DNA from: Eutreptiella sp. 'Long Island Sound 2002'
Taxonomy: Eukaryota; Protista; Euglenida
NCBI GenBank assembly: GCA_964036045.1
Contig: OZ038378.1
Location: forward strand, 195,176,001-195,240,000
Direction: 5' to 3'
Length of the DNA stretch: 64,000 nucleotides
Shown here piece after piece: positions 1 to 11,900 of the stretch. The notes beneath the pieces were generated by a model. That model was not told the DNA's origin. It did not search any database and saw only the letters and a program-made list of their open reading frames with translations. The translations under genes were made by a program, and so were the position numbers. Position 1 is the first letter of the stretch. The number at the start of each line of letters is the position of its first letter.

Positions 1-744
1 AACTTTTTTGGGTGGGTGGGGGGTGGGCTGGCCAGGGCTCACAACATACCCTGCCCCCCCCTTGAAATCTCCCCCCTAATGTCATGACGCCCCCCCCCGG
101 GGGGGGGGGGGGTGCACCACACAATGGGAGCACTAGAACTGCAGCAGTTCCAGTATAACCTCAAGAAAAGTTTTAATCAGCGCCTTTGGCGTCCAGTATA
201 TCCCATGCTTTAGGGGGGGAATTGATGGTTCTCTTCCAGGGGGGGGGGGATTGCAAGGGGGAGGGATTTCAGGGGGGGGGGGGGGTTACCACACTGCTTT
301 GGCGTATGAGGACCAATGGAGACATAATCCTTGCCACATTCTGATAGTGCTTTTGATGACATTGTGGCCCTAACCCTAATGAATGTTGGGTTCATGGAAA
401 CACACCTGTAGTGCCGATGTGGGCGGTATGCATATTTAGAGGCACAAAGACCTCGGGGGCGCACAGCCAGATTATGGTATAGCGCCGCACCCAGGCCTCT
501 TATCAGGGGTAAGAGTCCCCATGCATTGTGCATGGGGCGAGAAACTGGGCAAGCAACCGACCCTGCGTGGGTGTAATAGCCCGTTTTGGCCATTGGGTAC
601 GTGCTCCAAGTCCACCATGGACCCAACAACGACAGCCACCAAGAGCCATTCTGCTTTGCTTGCTGCTGGCATGCATGCCCCTCACTTGCAGCGCTCCAGC
701 TGATGGACCCTGCATGGGTCAGAAAGCTTGTTGTGGAGATTGCT

Positions 745-960
745 GCTTACTGTATTGCAGATTGTGCTGCAGGTTGCTAAAAGTTGGCAGAGGTTGCTGG
801 ATGTTGCTGGAGGTTGCCAGAGATTGTTGGAGGTTGTACTAGAGGTTGCTGAAGATTGCTAAAAAGTGTACTAGATGTTGGTAGAGGTTGCTGCAGATTG
901 CTGGAGACTGCTGGAGGGTCCGCTAGAGGTTGAGGGAGGCTGATGTTAGAGGCTGTAATG
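745..960. repeat. Degenerate ~10-11 bp tandem repeat (GAGGTTGCTGG-like), strongly G/T-skewed
   Basis: Repeated aggttgctg/agattgctg units read directly from the sequence. Confidence 0.6.
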
Positions 961-1419
961 CTGGTTTCCGGAGTTGGTGGAAAAAGGGGGTAGTTTCTGA
1001 AAATTAGCATGCTGTCGTTTTCCAGAAGAAACCGACCCCCCCCCCCCTGCCCTCACCAACTACAACGACATTGGTGAACTGACCGATAGACCAACGGCCT
1101 GACTACCACTGGGTGCTACTTGGAATCCCCCTTCCCTACTTGGCGAATGTTACTCTCCACTTGTAGCGTGGTGTATGGGGGGCAAATTCAATGATTGCCG
1201 CACAGCCGTCCAATGCTCCGAAATGACTGCCAGCCCATGCAGACTCTGAGGGCGTCTTCAACGCAGGAAAAAGCACGAAACAGGTCCCTTGAAGACCGTT
1301 CTGCCCCAGTGACGTGCTGGCAGTGTGGTGCAGAATGGTTGTCAGCTGCCATGGGTGTGTCCACACGGCCCACCGGCGTCACAAAGCACCACCCTGGGCG
1401 GCCATTCACGCCCACACAC

Positions 1420-1566
1420 CGGACATTGCAGTGCACGAAGCAACGTTTCCGCATGTCAGCGCGCAAAGGGCCCATGACCGGGTCAACGAGGATGAGGTGC
1501 ACTGCAATTGATCTGGTCTCCGGGTCCTCAAACATCAGCCGCGCCAACAGTAGTGCAACAATTGCC
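1420..1566 (-). CDS. Hydrolase exon 3
   Basis: Acceptor TTTGTTTCCAG in phase 2 completes GHSRG; encodes AIVALLLAR...LILVDPVMGP. The donor position is tentative. Confidence 0.75.
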
Positions 1567-4500
1567 CTGGAAACAAAGATAGATGCCTGCAGACCTAGCG
1601 CCCAGCCCTCAGCCAGTCCTGCAGGATGAGCGATAGGACAGATGTGTGTGTAGGGGGCGGTTGTCCTGTACGGGGATTCTTCCGCAGGGGAAAATTTTGC
1701 ACGGGGAATATTCCGCACCTGCCCCAAAAAATCAAGGGGAAAATTCCGCACCTCCCAAATCTTGAGTGCATTGGAAAAGGATCCTGGGATTGCGATTCCC
1801 ACCACGCACACAATACAGCTAAGCAGCGAGCAATAATTCTGCAGACGTCTGAATTGTAAAAGAGTTGAACTTCACCATATGTGTTCGCTTGGTTCACTGT
1901 GGGTCTGTGAACAAACACAACAAATGCACAGATGGGGTGAATTGGGGAAATCGGGCCCTGATTCGGGGCGGGGAATATTCCGCACCAAAAATGGAAAAAT
2001 GCAGGGAAAATTCGCACCAAATTGAAACACGGAATTTTCCGCGCAGAAAAAACCCCCTGCGGAAATCCGCCCCCCCTGTATGTGCACGATGCGCATGACT
2101 GGCTGGGTGTGCCTATGCCAGCATAATGTGTGGCACTGAAGGGGTCAGGAGGGTGGCGAGCTACCCAATTCGCACAAAGCTGCGTGGCAATCACAAAAGA
2201 CAACAAGATAAACACACACACACACACAGACACACACACACTATTGGCTGTTTTGCTGTAGGACATTCAAATGGAAGCAATGCCGCAGGACATTTGTGTG
2301 AAGTGCCAAAGCGGGGAATCTCCACACGCAGTAGTCATTCAGTTTGCACAGTACCTGATGCCTGGTCCATGGTCCAGTGTCCGTCCAGCCCATACCAACT
2401 CCTTATCTTCCACTTTGCCCTGCCCCCGCCCCGGCATCCCTTGTATCATCAAGCTTGCCCAAATTGCAGTGTTCCTGTTTTCGGGTTTGGAACATCCATG
2501 CCAACACTGCCTCCCAGAGGCCAACCAGGAATCCCACCATGAGGGAACGCTTGCCCGACGCGCACCCGGCACGCCCAGCGCACCCCCCATCCAAATCAAT
2601 GTTCTGGCCATCCATCCCAATGCTTCATCACCCCTGCCTTCTCGGGGGACAAAAAATTGGGGAAAAGGGGGGCAACTGGGGAAATAGGGGGAAACTTTGA
2701 CCGGCACGCGCGGCGCACTAACATATTCTCCATAATTGACGTTGCTGACTTTGGTGTTCCTCTCTCCTGTGGTTTCTCTTCCTGGACAAAGGCACCCATC
2801 AGTTCTGCCAGAAGGCTGCAGGCCGCGGGCCTTACTCTGTCCGAAGCACCTTGCCCCATTTTGCGGTGGATGGTTCGTTCTGCATGACAAATTCAATACA
2901 CAGTCTTTGCCACACCAGAGTCGTGCTGGATCCCCGCAGCAAATGTATGGGATTTCGGATCGTTGCAGTCAGTTGCACTTTGTGTCCATCATTCATGGGT
3001 AGGGCACTGATGCAGGGGGCTCTGCAGGGAGGGTATGAACCGACGTTCCAGCGGTTGGATCCGAGGTCCAGCCGGCTTTGGCGGGGGCAGCAAGAGGGCC
3101 CTTGGTTTCAGAAGTCCACACCGCTGTGGCCCAATCACTTGGGGCATTGTCACACTAGTTGGTGAATTGGGGGACTTGGAGATTGTCGCAGGAAGAGGTG
3201 GAAAGAGGGCAATTTGGCTGGATTAGATTACATTTTGCTAAGAGGCGCTCCGTGACTTATGCCTCTCCCTGTGATGAAGCGCTGTGCCGTACCCTCTTTC
3301 TGCGCCCTTCACTCACATCTGTACTGAATTCCTCGCTGCCACAGTGTCGATACGGGTATCACTCACGGCTGAGCTAAACTCGTCGTCCCTAACTGCCCTC
3401 TCTGACGGGGCATAAAGGCGGAGTACGCCGACCGGTTGGTATTTCCGGTTTCACTCTCTTGGCCGTGCTTTGTGGAGGCATGCCTCCCGGCTGTTGGGAC
3501 TCTGTTGAGGACGAGGAACGAACGTCGGTCGCCAGCAGTCGGTCGCCACTGCCAGCACAACGCCGGCGGTGGGCGATCCACCGCTGGTGATTCACCACCT
3601 ACCGCAAACATGCGTGTGCAGATGTTTCGAAGCTGGAACAGCCAAACCCACAGTTATGGAGGAGCATGACACCAACGTTATGTCCCCATGCAGCCGGTCA
3701 TCAGACGGATGTCTCCAACGTGTCAGAACATTGATGGAAATAACGATCCCTGTCGATTGTGCCCCTTTTCCAGACCTCCCCCCCTGTCCCCAGACTTTGG
3801 GGGGCTCTATTGACACCCCCCCCCAAAGTGAAAATCCGACTCCCCGATGGCGCACGCCGCCCCAACAACATGCCGACACGCAGTGTGGTGCATGAGGAAG
3901 AGGCCACGGTCCAAACCCCCTTGTGGTCGGCCTTTCTCAGGACCGTGGGGAACACAATACAAAGTGAGGCCTGCTTTAGGCCCCAGGAGCATCCGTCAGT
4001 CTGCATCATGGTCCACCGATCGGCGTGCACCCACCGTGTATTGTGTGTAAAAGCCCCCCCCCCTCAACCCCCCGCCGTGCCCACACAAGCCTACGCCTTA
4101 GCAGTGTCCAAAGATGCCAGTGCACATGCACCCACGGGAGATGTGAGGCCAAGAATCAAGTTGACCATCAACCGCTGTGGGCTACCCTCAGTCCTGCCAG
4201 CCAGTACCTGCGGCTGTGGAAAGTAAAAAACCCCCCCACCCCCTTGCGGGAGCAACACTCGTGACCCAAATTTTGACGGAAACGACACCTGCTGTTGCTC
4301 TGGGCAAAGTAAGGACATGGCACCAAAAGTTGCGGAAACAACAAGTGCTGCTGCTCTCACAATGCCGTTGCTCTTGCAAGGGCGGGCGGGGGCCAATACC
4401 CTCTGCTGTGTCCGATGACGTTCACCCGGAGGACGGGCCCCGCGTGGCGGGCGCTGGCGGCCATTTCGGGCGTGAACGCCATCCGAGAGTCCGCGGCCCC

Positions 4501-5984
4501 GACGAAGCGGTACGTGGCGGGCTGCCGCTTGAGGACGTCGAAGGCCCACTTCGCGCGCGTGTCCATGGTCTTCCCCACAAGGAAGTCGAGGCCAACTAGT
4601 GCCGACAGGTGCTCCGGGACTTCTGCCGTAGCGGGCCCCGGGACCCTGACCTGCAGTACACACGCTGGGCGGTGGGGACTCACGAGGCTTTGCAGAGAAG
4701 AGGGCCCACCCGGGGCTGCGCCGGAGGGAGGGGGGGGGCGTGAAGGAGGTTTCAAGAGCAGTTGCAAAAGCGGTTGGTGACGGTTGCAACAGCGGACCGG
4801 GCGCAAGCTCTGGCAGTTACAAAATGGTTACAAAATTGGAGGGGGCAGACAGAAGCGGTTGGGGCGGAATGACAAAGAGGCAGGGTTTCCCCCGCCAAAG
4901 TACTCCCACTTGCCACGGTCATTGTCCTCAGGACGCTCCCCCGCCCTCAGCTTCGGCCCAGAGGCTCAACCCGGGTGAAGGCGCCTGTGGTTTGTTTGTC
5001 CTATCCACGCCCCCCCCCTTTCCACCGCCTCGGCGATCCCAGTCACCTGCACCGCGCAGCAGCCCTGCACAGGTCCGTGAGTCCCCCGGTTGTGACGGGC
5101 CAAAGCATCGGGTTGACCGATTCGCAGGTGGAGATCCTCCGCATTGCTCTGGCGGCACGCCTTTGCCACTGCCAGGGCCCTGAGGGAGTCCAGCCCGGAT
5201 GCTTTAGCAAGGTTCCTTTAGTGGGAGCAGGAGGGGGGCTTTACGGGAGTTCTTTATGGGTGACCTTTGGGGGTACTTTAAGGGGGGGCCATGGTGCTTC
5301 TACACGGAAATTCCTTGGGGGGAGGGGGGACTATCAGCGGGGGATGTTTCCGTAGGGCGCTGCAGAGAGCCAAGCGCGCCCCTTAGCAATCATCGGGTAT
5401 CCTCTCACCACCGTGCGGTTTGCTGGTGCCGGTTGCCGGTCCAACCGGCGCCAGTTAGTCCCCAACCACGGACGACTGCGCTTCCGCCGCCATCGGCGCC
5501 CTCCGGCACGACTGAGGAGCCACATCGGAGGTGCAAACATGCCGTGGCCAAAAAGGAGGAGGGCCACAGCACACGCGGAGGAAATGGTCATGGTCCAGGC
5601 AACCGATACCCCCTCGCCCTTTCCGTCCCCATCCTCCTTCCATGCGGACTGTTGAGGGCCGCTGCAAAAAACGAGGTCCGTAGTGGGCCCGTTGTCCTCA
5701 GCCCCCCCCCCATTCCTCTCTGATCCGGGGTGGCAAAGGCACGGGGAGGTCCAGATTGCTCAGCCATTGAGGGAAACGGCCAGCCCTTTGGGGCCACTGT
5801 CCTCCCACGGAAAAAAGCCTCAGCTCCAGGACCAAACTGTGACATTGGGGGTAGGTCATACTTTATGTACCCAATCGTCTCCTTCCAAATTGTCAAACAA
5901 TTCATCGAAGACATGCTCGGGAAATCCGTATTGGTCACCCGTCCCGTAGCAAAACACAGTGACGCTTACCCCGGGCTCCAGCAT
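1420..5984 (-). CDS. Alpha/beta-hydrolase-fold protein (GHSRG nucleophile elbow), spliced, 3' end unresolved
   Basis: Exons 5984-5862, 4650-4400 and 1566-1420 join through phase-consistent GT-AG introns (0/0, 2/2) to give MLEPGVSVTVFCYGTGDQYGFPEHVFDELFDNLEGDDWVHK|VRVPGP...VLRVNVIGHSR|GAIVALLLARLMFEDPETRSIAVHLILVDPVMGP. This contains a strand-GxSxG-helix elbow followed by a hydrophobic strand-DP motif. The end of exon 3 and any downstream exons (possibly about 1160-1320) are uncertain. Confidence 0.75.
1653..2076. mobile_element. MITE-like element with imperfect G/C-run-tipped terminal inverted repeats and internal GGRAWWTTCCGCAC repeats
   Basis: Left end GGGGGCGG...TTCCGCAGGGG; right end CCCCTGCGGAAATCCGCCCCCCC; several copies of the internal motif. 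Confidence 0.45.
4400..4650 (-). CDS. Hydrolase exon 2
   Basis: Acceptor CTGCAG, donor GTATTG, GC3-rich codons; ends ...VNVIGHSR(G). Confidence 0.8.
5862..5984 (-). CDS. Hydrolase exon 1 (putative start ATG at 5984)
   Basis: 41 codons MLEPG...WVHK followed by donor GTATGA; phase 0 matches the next exon. Confidence 0.6.
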
Positions 5985-7768
5985 GGTCGATTGCTACGCC
6001 TCTCTCCTTCAGCTTCCGAACTCATGTCTTCGCATTGGTGGCGACGCAGAGGTCTTGTGACGCCATGCTCAGTCAACGATTTTCAACACAAAGCAAAAGG
6101 CTCTGCGACTATAAACGGATGCTCGGGGATGGTGAGGCTGCGCGGAGGATTGTACTTCGTGGGGTTGCTATGTCGCCAAGTGAAAGGTCATCGACAGTTG
6201 CAGGGTTTTGGAGCAGGGGTTGCTGAGGATCCCACAGTCCTAAAGTCCCAAACCCCCCACATTCTGACACTCCCACAGCATAGGCTCCTCAGCACAGGCC
6301 CCAGGGATGAACAACTGGTGTGATGGCGACCCGTACGACAACCATGTTTTTCCTCAGTACCCGCGTTGGAAACGAGTTGCTCGACAGTTGCGTATTCCCC
6401 GATGGTCAGTGTAGTGGTTTCGCTCCCTTTGAATCACCCTTGGCTGAATAGCTTCACGTGAATGCGTTCTAGTCGCCGTTGGATCACGTATTGAACGCTC
6501 ACGACCTGTGTCTCAAGAAGTGGAGCGCGGGGTAACCCGTTACATCCTCCATGTGCGGGTGCGGGCCCAAAATCCACGTGGTGTGCACACAGCACCCGTT
6601 GATGCATACGGTTGACATAGCGGCTCCGAACGTTTGGGTTGGTCGTATGGGCTGTGATGTTGTAACCAAAAATGCCGTCTCCCCCTTTGGGGATGTTTGG
6701 GGCGCAGAATAGTGCGCATGCAACCACCCCACTCTGGGTGGCATCCCGTGCGACCCTTTGTCTTTTGTTTCGCGCTTTTTCAGCTTTCGAAAACAAACCA
6801 CATTCTCTCATGCTTAACAGTATGTCCACCAGCCACCCCATCCTCCTCTAGCGTTTCCCGCAATGGGCATGCCTTTTGCAAAGGGTGTGTGTTTGTTTTC
6901 TGTACATCTGTTGTTCAATGATGGGCTGAACATGCGCTTGTAAACCAGTTGGCAGAGTTGTGGGTCTACACTGAAGACCATGCTGTGGCTCGCCCGTTGG
7001 CGTTGGCATTTTTCTTGTATGGAGGGGGGGAGGAGGTCTGTCTCCTGTTGTATGATTGATGGATGCCGGATACATCCGTTTGCCTTTCACACGACAGACA
7101 CACAGCCCTCTGTCAGTGGTACGCTCCCAAAAGCGGCCGTTATCTTTAGCAGCATGGCACCCGATTTTGGGTAGAAGGTTATGCATGAAACAAGCACCCC
7201 GGCATCAGAATGTTTTGGTGCATCCACTGCTTTTCTGCAGTGGACCGCCTGTCATGAATGAAACCCAGAATGCCATCTATGGGGCCTTTCTCAGGCAATG
7301 CTCCTACAATACAGAGAGTGGATTGACAGTGTGTGCAGAAGGAATGCCGGACAATATTCTGAACTGGGTGAAGTCTAACAGAATGCACCCCTTCTTCATG
7401 TGCCTGCAGCAAATGTGGCATGATGTCAATTCCAGGTTCATTCACTATCTTATCAATAACAATTCGTCAAATAGAAATTGTGGTTCAGAGTGGCAAACCC
7501 CTTTGGCACCTAGTAACAATGCATACCGTTCCATGTCATGCCCCATAGAACCAAAACAATGGTCCACTGATGCTAGGGGTTTCCCTATGTTGTTCACTAT
7601 GCAAACAATCCAGAAGGATCTGGCATTTTCCGGAAGGTAAGGCCCTTTGTGGGAACAGGGTTCACTTGCACAAGGGGACACAAAATCCGCGATTGGCTGG
7701 CCGTGAACATGCATGGACCACATGGGGTGGGTTCAGACAATATGTTGCGGAAACTCGAAACAGGCGTA

Positions 7769-8136
7769 CCCCCCCCCCACTTGTAAAAGCCACACAAAAA
7801 TCCCAAATCAATACAGTCCCTACGCCTACTGGAGCTTGGACAAGGCCATAGACGCCCAGGTCCAAAAAGAGAAGATTGCATGGTGAGCTGGTGCAAGAAA
7901 GGGCAATATAATGCACAAATATCCCCAAAATCAGAGCTATGTGGGTTCAAGTGGGCAAACACTCACAACAAATGTGTCCATGACCCTATGTAACTGGCAA
8001 ATTTGTCACCAAACCCATGTCTTATGTGGCCGCACTACATTTGTACCGAATCAAATTAGGTACCAAATTAATGCAGTCCCTACACCCGCTGTAGCTTGGA
8101 CAAGGGTGTAGCTTTTACAAGGGGGGGGGGGGGGGG
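7769..8136. mobile_element. MITE-like element
   Basis: Ends (C)nACTTGTAAAAGC and GCTTTTACAAG(G)n are inverted repeats. An internal ~35-bp direct repeat (AAT.CAGTCCCTAC...AGCTTGGACAAGG) occurs at about 7806 and 8067. Confidence 0.55.
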
Positions 8137-8399
8137 CTGAATAATCCAACTTGGTCTGCCATAGTGAAGTGTAATACGGGTGATTTCAATTCTAGTCACA
8201 TGATACAAAAGTTTAAGCCTATGTGGGCCGCTAGATGTACTCCGGTACACGATTACCAAGCACACAGTGCAACATGCCGTTTCAATATTCAGGGGCGTGA
8301 CTCTTGGACAAAGGGGGAGTGTTTGCCCTGCACGTGACCTGCGCGCTGCTTGTATTATGACTTTCTCAGATTCAGTTCCCAAGTTCACCATTACCCAAT

Positions 8400-8733
8400 G
8401 AAGCCTCGGGATGGAGAATGTGATGATGGTTGTGTCAGGGAGCGACTGCGGATGGGGCTTCCATCAATAAGGGGACCAAAGGAACTTCTAGAGAGACGTC
8501 AATTGCAAGAATTAATGGGGATGGTGGTGAAGACCTCACATTGGGCATACCAAAGGAGATACCAAAGGAGAGTCCATGGGGCATTGATGATCAACGACCC
8601 ACACACCACCTTTATCATACACCAACTCCACATGCCCATCGTGCAAAACGTCAACCACCTTCGCGGATACCTGAAGCCCAATAGACCTGGTGTAGGACAC
8701 CTAGTCCCCAATGCTCAACTCCATAACAAATAG
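8400..8733 (+). pseudogene. Possible decayed retroelement RT-connection/RNase H fragment
   Basis: RRQLQELMGMV resembles the Gypsy xxQLxxFLGMV motif and is followed by a P-x-x-x-FII-like segment; there is no intact domain. Confidence 0.3.
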
Positions 8734-9483
8734 CAAAAGAGGTCTGAGGATTCAAGGGGCAAAAATTGATGCTCCACGGCAGACACGCCGAATGTATCGC
8801 CATGTACGTAGCTCAGTGTACCTCTTTCAAAATACACATAGATGCACCTTGCAGCCATGAAATGACCGGGCGAATTGGGGAACAATAGGTGAGGGAAAGG
8901 GGCCGGTCCATATCCCAAACCGGAGAGGGACCAGTCCATATCCCCAATTGGAAAGGGGGTTCCATATACCCAACCAGAAAGGGGCCAGTCCATGAGGAGA
9001 AATCATCCCAAATTGCCCCATCCCACCCACCCACCCACCCCCCACTCACCCATCCGAGGGGTAGAATCTACCCTAAAAACAGGGGTAGGAATCACAAGAA
9101 GCCCAAAAAGGTGCCGTGCGCGTGCCCTGCGCACTAACGCTTCCTCCAAACACACCATCAACCAAGATGGCTCAGCTCAGTAGTGTGTGACCATATTGGA
9201 TATTTGATCGTGCAGAACGGACATATGCGCCACAAATTTTGTGTGTTCCACCATGGTGCAACGACCTAGAAGCATTATTCAATTCAAATCATCAGCATGT
9301 TAGAAGTCTATGCATCAGTGGTGGATCAGCCGATTTTAGCATGGTTTACTAGGCTTTGATGCGTACACAGTGCCATCACTCTTCATGCAAACATTCCGGA
9401 AATCACCATATGGCCGCCCACGGGTCGTGTACAACCAAACCCCTCACCACCTATTGGGCCACAAGGGTGACTATTAATACTGC

Positions 9484-9548
9484 AGGCCCCCGAGTTCGAA
9501 CCCACAATCTTTGATTTACCAATCTAGGTGTTTGAACACTGGACTGGG
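9484..9548 (-). other. Degenerate tRNA-like (SINE-head-like) sequence
   Basis: The minus strand has a B-box-like GGGTTCGAACTC and a TTGGTAA loop; the stems are imperfect, so this is not a functional tRNA call. Confidence 0.25.
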
Positions 9549-10949
9549 GAAGTTGCTTTTTCAACTTCTGGGAGGGGGTAGGGAGGGCAATGGAGCCCTA
9601 GAGCCTTGGGGGACTGAAAAGGGGGCTTAATTGACGGAACCATGAATCAGTGACGAAGAAATTTGGCACCAAACACTGAAGAAGTTTTTGGGCATTAAGA
9701 ATGGTCAATTCTTTTTTGCACCAAGCAAATACCAAAATACATTGTACAAAGAACACGTGTGAAAATGCCACCACCAACACAATGGGCGCCCGGTGCATCA
9801 TTCACTGGTCTGGGAACTGTAGCACTTGGTACAACCACACAACACTGCGCAAGACCATTGCCAAATTTGGTTAGATTTGCAACCCCAAGGCGAGTGCATG
9901 GTACATGACCAAGGCAAATAAGTGCAAGGACAACGACAATGGGGGCACCCTTCTTCCTCGGTGCCACTTCGCCGTCCTGTGCCAAGGTTGCCCACTGACT
10001 TCCAAACCGCAAAGGACAACACCATCCCGTTTTGAGTGTATTATCCATTTTGCCGGTGGTCACTGGCCCATGGGTTTATATGTCCTAACTTTGTCACCAA
10101 ATGATGGCACCAACTAGAATTGTAGGCCTGGCGGGGTCGGTCTTGGAAAGTGCAGTTCTTTCTCAATTTTTGATTGCCAGTGGACAGCCTGAAAACGGCA
10201 ATTTTCAGGGTCGTTGGAGGCCCACAGCCAGCTACGTGGGCCTAATTGGTGCTTTGTGCGTCCCTATGGGTGCTAGAGTACTTGTTTCCACATGATGACC
10301 CCAAAACTATCCCAAGGATCCACAGAAGATTCCTCCCATCGTCATCCGAACAAGGATTTGGCAGTACTTCAAACATTCTGGATTCATTAATACACTAGGA
10401 AGGTTTGCGAAGGGTGCACTTGGGACACAACACTGTTCAGAGTGAAATGTCACATGAGTTTTAAAAAATTTTCGCAAAATTTTCGAATATTTCTTTTTCT
10501 TTAGAGTGTCACGTGAGTCATTCGCGTGACAGTGGAAAAAAAAATCGACAAAAAATACATTTTTTTTTAGTATCAGTGCAAGTGTCTATTTCTTTTTGAG
10601 TGTCAGTGCAGGTATGCCTAAAACGAAACAAAACCACTCAATATGGTGATGGTACGAGTACATGCAACCCAAGAAGCCACCGCTTGGCTCCCCTGGTCAC
10701 AATTATGGGCCCATGACAGGCCTTTTCGTGTTCTTTTGTGCAAAGGTGGGCAAAACTTGGTTCGCTGATTGCCGCCACTGTGTGTCAATTTTCAATGCAG
10801 GTCTGCTAGCACTTTACTCTTCTCTATGGACCCCCTAAACAATGGCAGGGGTCCGGGGTTCTATCTCCAAGTGACCCAGATCGCCCCCCCCTCCCCTTAT
10901 GGGTCCCTACTGGTGAGGACTTAGCCATTTTTAGGCTGGCATGGGTCGG

Positions 10950-11900
10950 CTGAAAAATTGCGGTTATGGGTGACCATTGCCTTTTGCCATTGTACTTCTT
11001 ACTCCAATACAACAGGTGCACCTTGCAAAAGCAAGAAGTTGGTTTCCCCCCTATCCACCAATGCTTGTTTGTGCGGCTAGGCCGCCGTTTTCCCAGCTTT
11101 CCTTCCCCATGGTTCATGTTGTTTTGGCTACATTGATGGTCCCTCAGAAAACAGTGATTAAAGGAGGACTCAAATTGAGGCACATGTTACTGAAACATAA
11201 ACCTATTTACTCCCAGTTGGTGGGTCCAATTCAGCTGAATTTATGCACGGCGTGTGCACAGCCCACAGTGCACCCACGTGCTTGGCATATGGCTTGGGCA
11301 GGGAGGGGCACCTGGGCCTGCGTGTCTCACGCCTTGCTGAGCAACAGGGCCATGCAATGGTGAATGATGGAAGGGCTCATGCTAGCTGCTGCACAACGGC
11401 CACCAATAGTACTGAGGCAGGGCCTCTTGCCCCACCAGCCGTGGGAGCTGGTCCTTCAGAGGGTGTGCACTCAAGGTTGCAGTGCAGCAGTGCAGCACTG
11501 GTTGCAGTGCTGGCTGCTGTGCCCAATAGGGTGTGTGGTGCTGTGGACTGAAAATGAAGGAAAGCGCTTTTTGAACGCAAGCATTCCTTTGACAACATTG
11601 CCAACAAAGATATGTCACGAAACTTGATTCCAACCCTGAGCATTGGTATGAAAATGGCCAGTATGCTGACATGGTGCTCTTCTTTCCCAAGGAGGGCAAC
11701 CTACGGTGCACTGAGAGCTCAGGAGGGCGTGGGAAGGAGTTAAGTCTGCTTGCATGCCCCCTTTCCTGTGCACGGCCCAACACTGCCCAGGAGGACTGAA
11801 ATTGTCAGCTACTCAGACCAGAACCAGGCAATCAAAAGTTGAGACCTTCTGTCCTAAGGGGTGTGGGTCCTTTTCTGGTGATCTTAGAGCCCATCCAAAG
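10950..11900 (+). pseudogene. Possible decayed DIRS/Ngaro-like (tyrosine recombinase) retroelement remnant
   Basis: Short motifs only: ARPPFSQL (resembles the DIRS MT FPPF motif) and TYGALRAQE (resembles the YR catalytic-Arg motif). The frames are broken. Confidence 0.25.

Noticed and set aside
5862-5984. TVFCYG.TG..FDELF initially resembled a kinesin P-loop region
   Set aside because: There is no GKT. Splicing to the downstream exons gives a coherent alpha/beta-hydrolase instead.
6330-6510. Exon-like blocks on the minus strand (VSVQYVIQRRLERIHVKLFSQ; SETTTLTIGEYATVEQLVSNA)
   Set aside because: They could not be joined in phase to either neighbouring gene and have no recognisable family; left unannotated.
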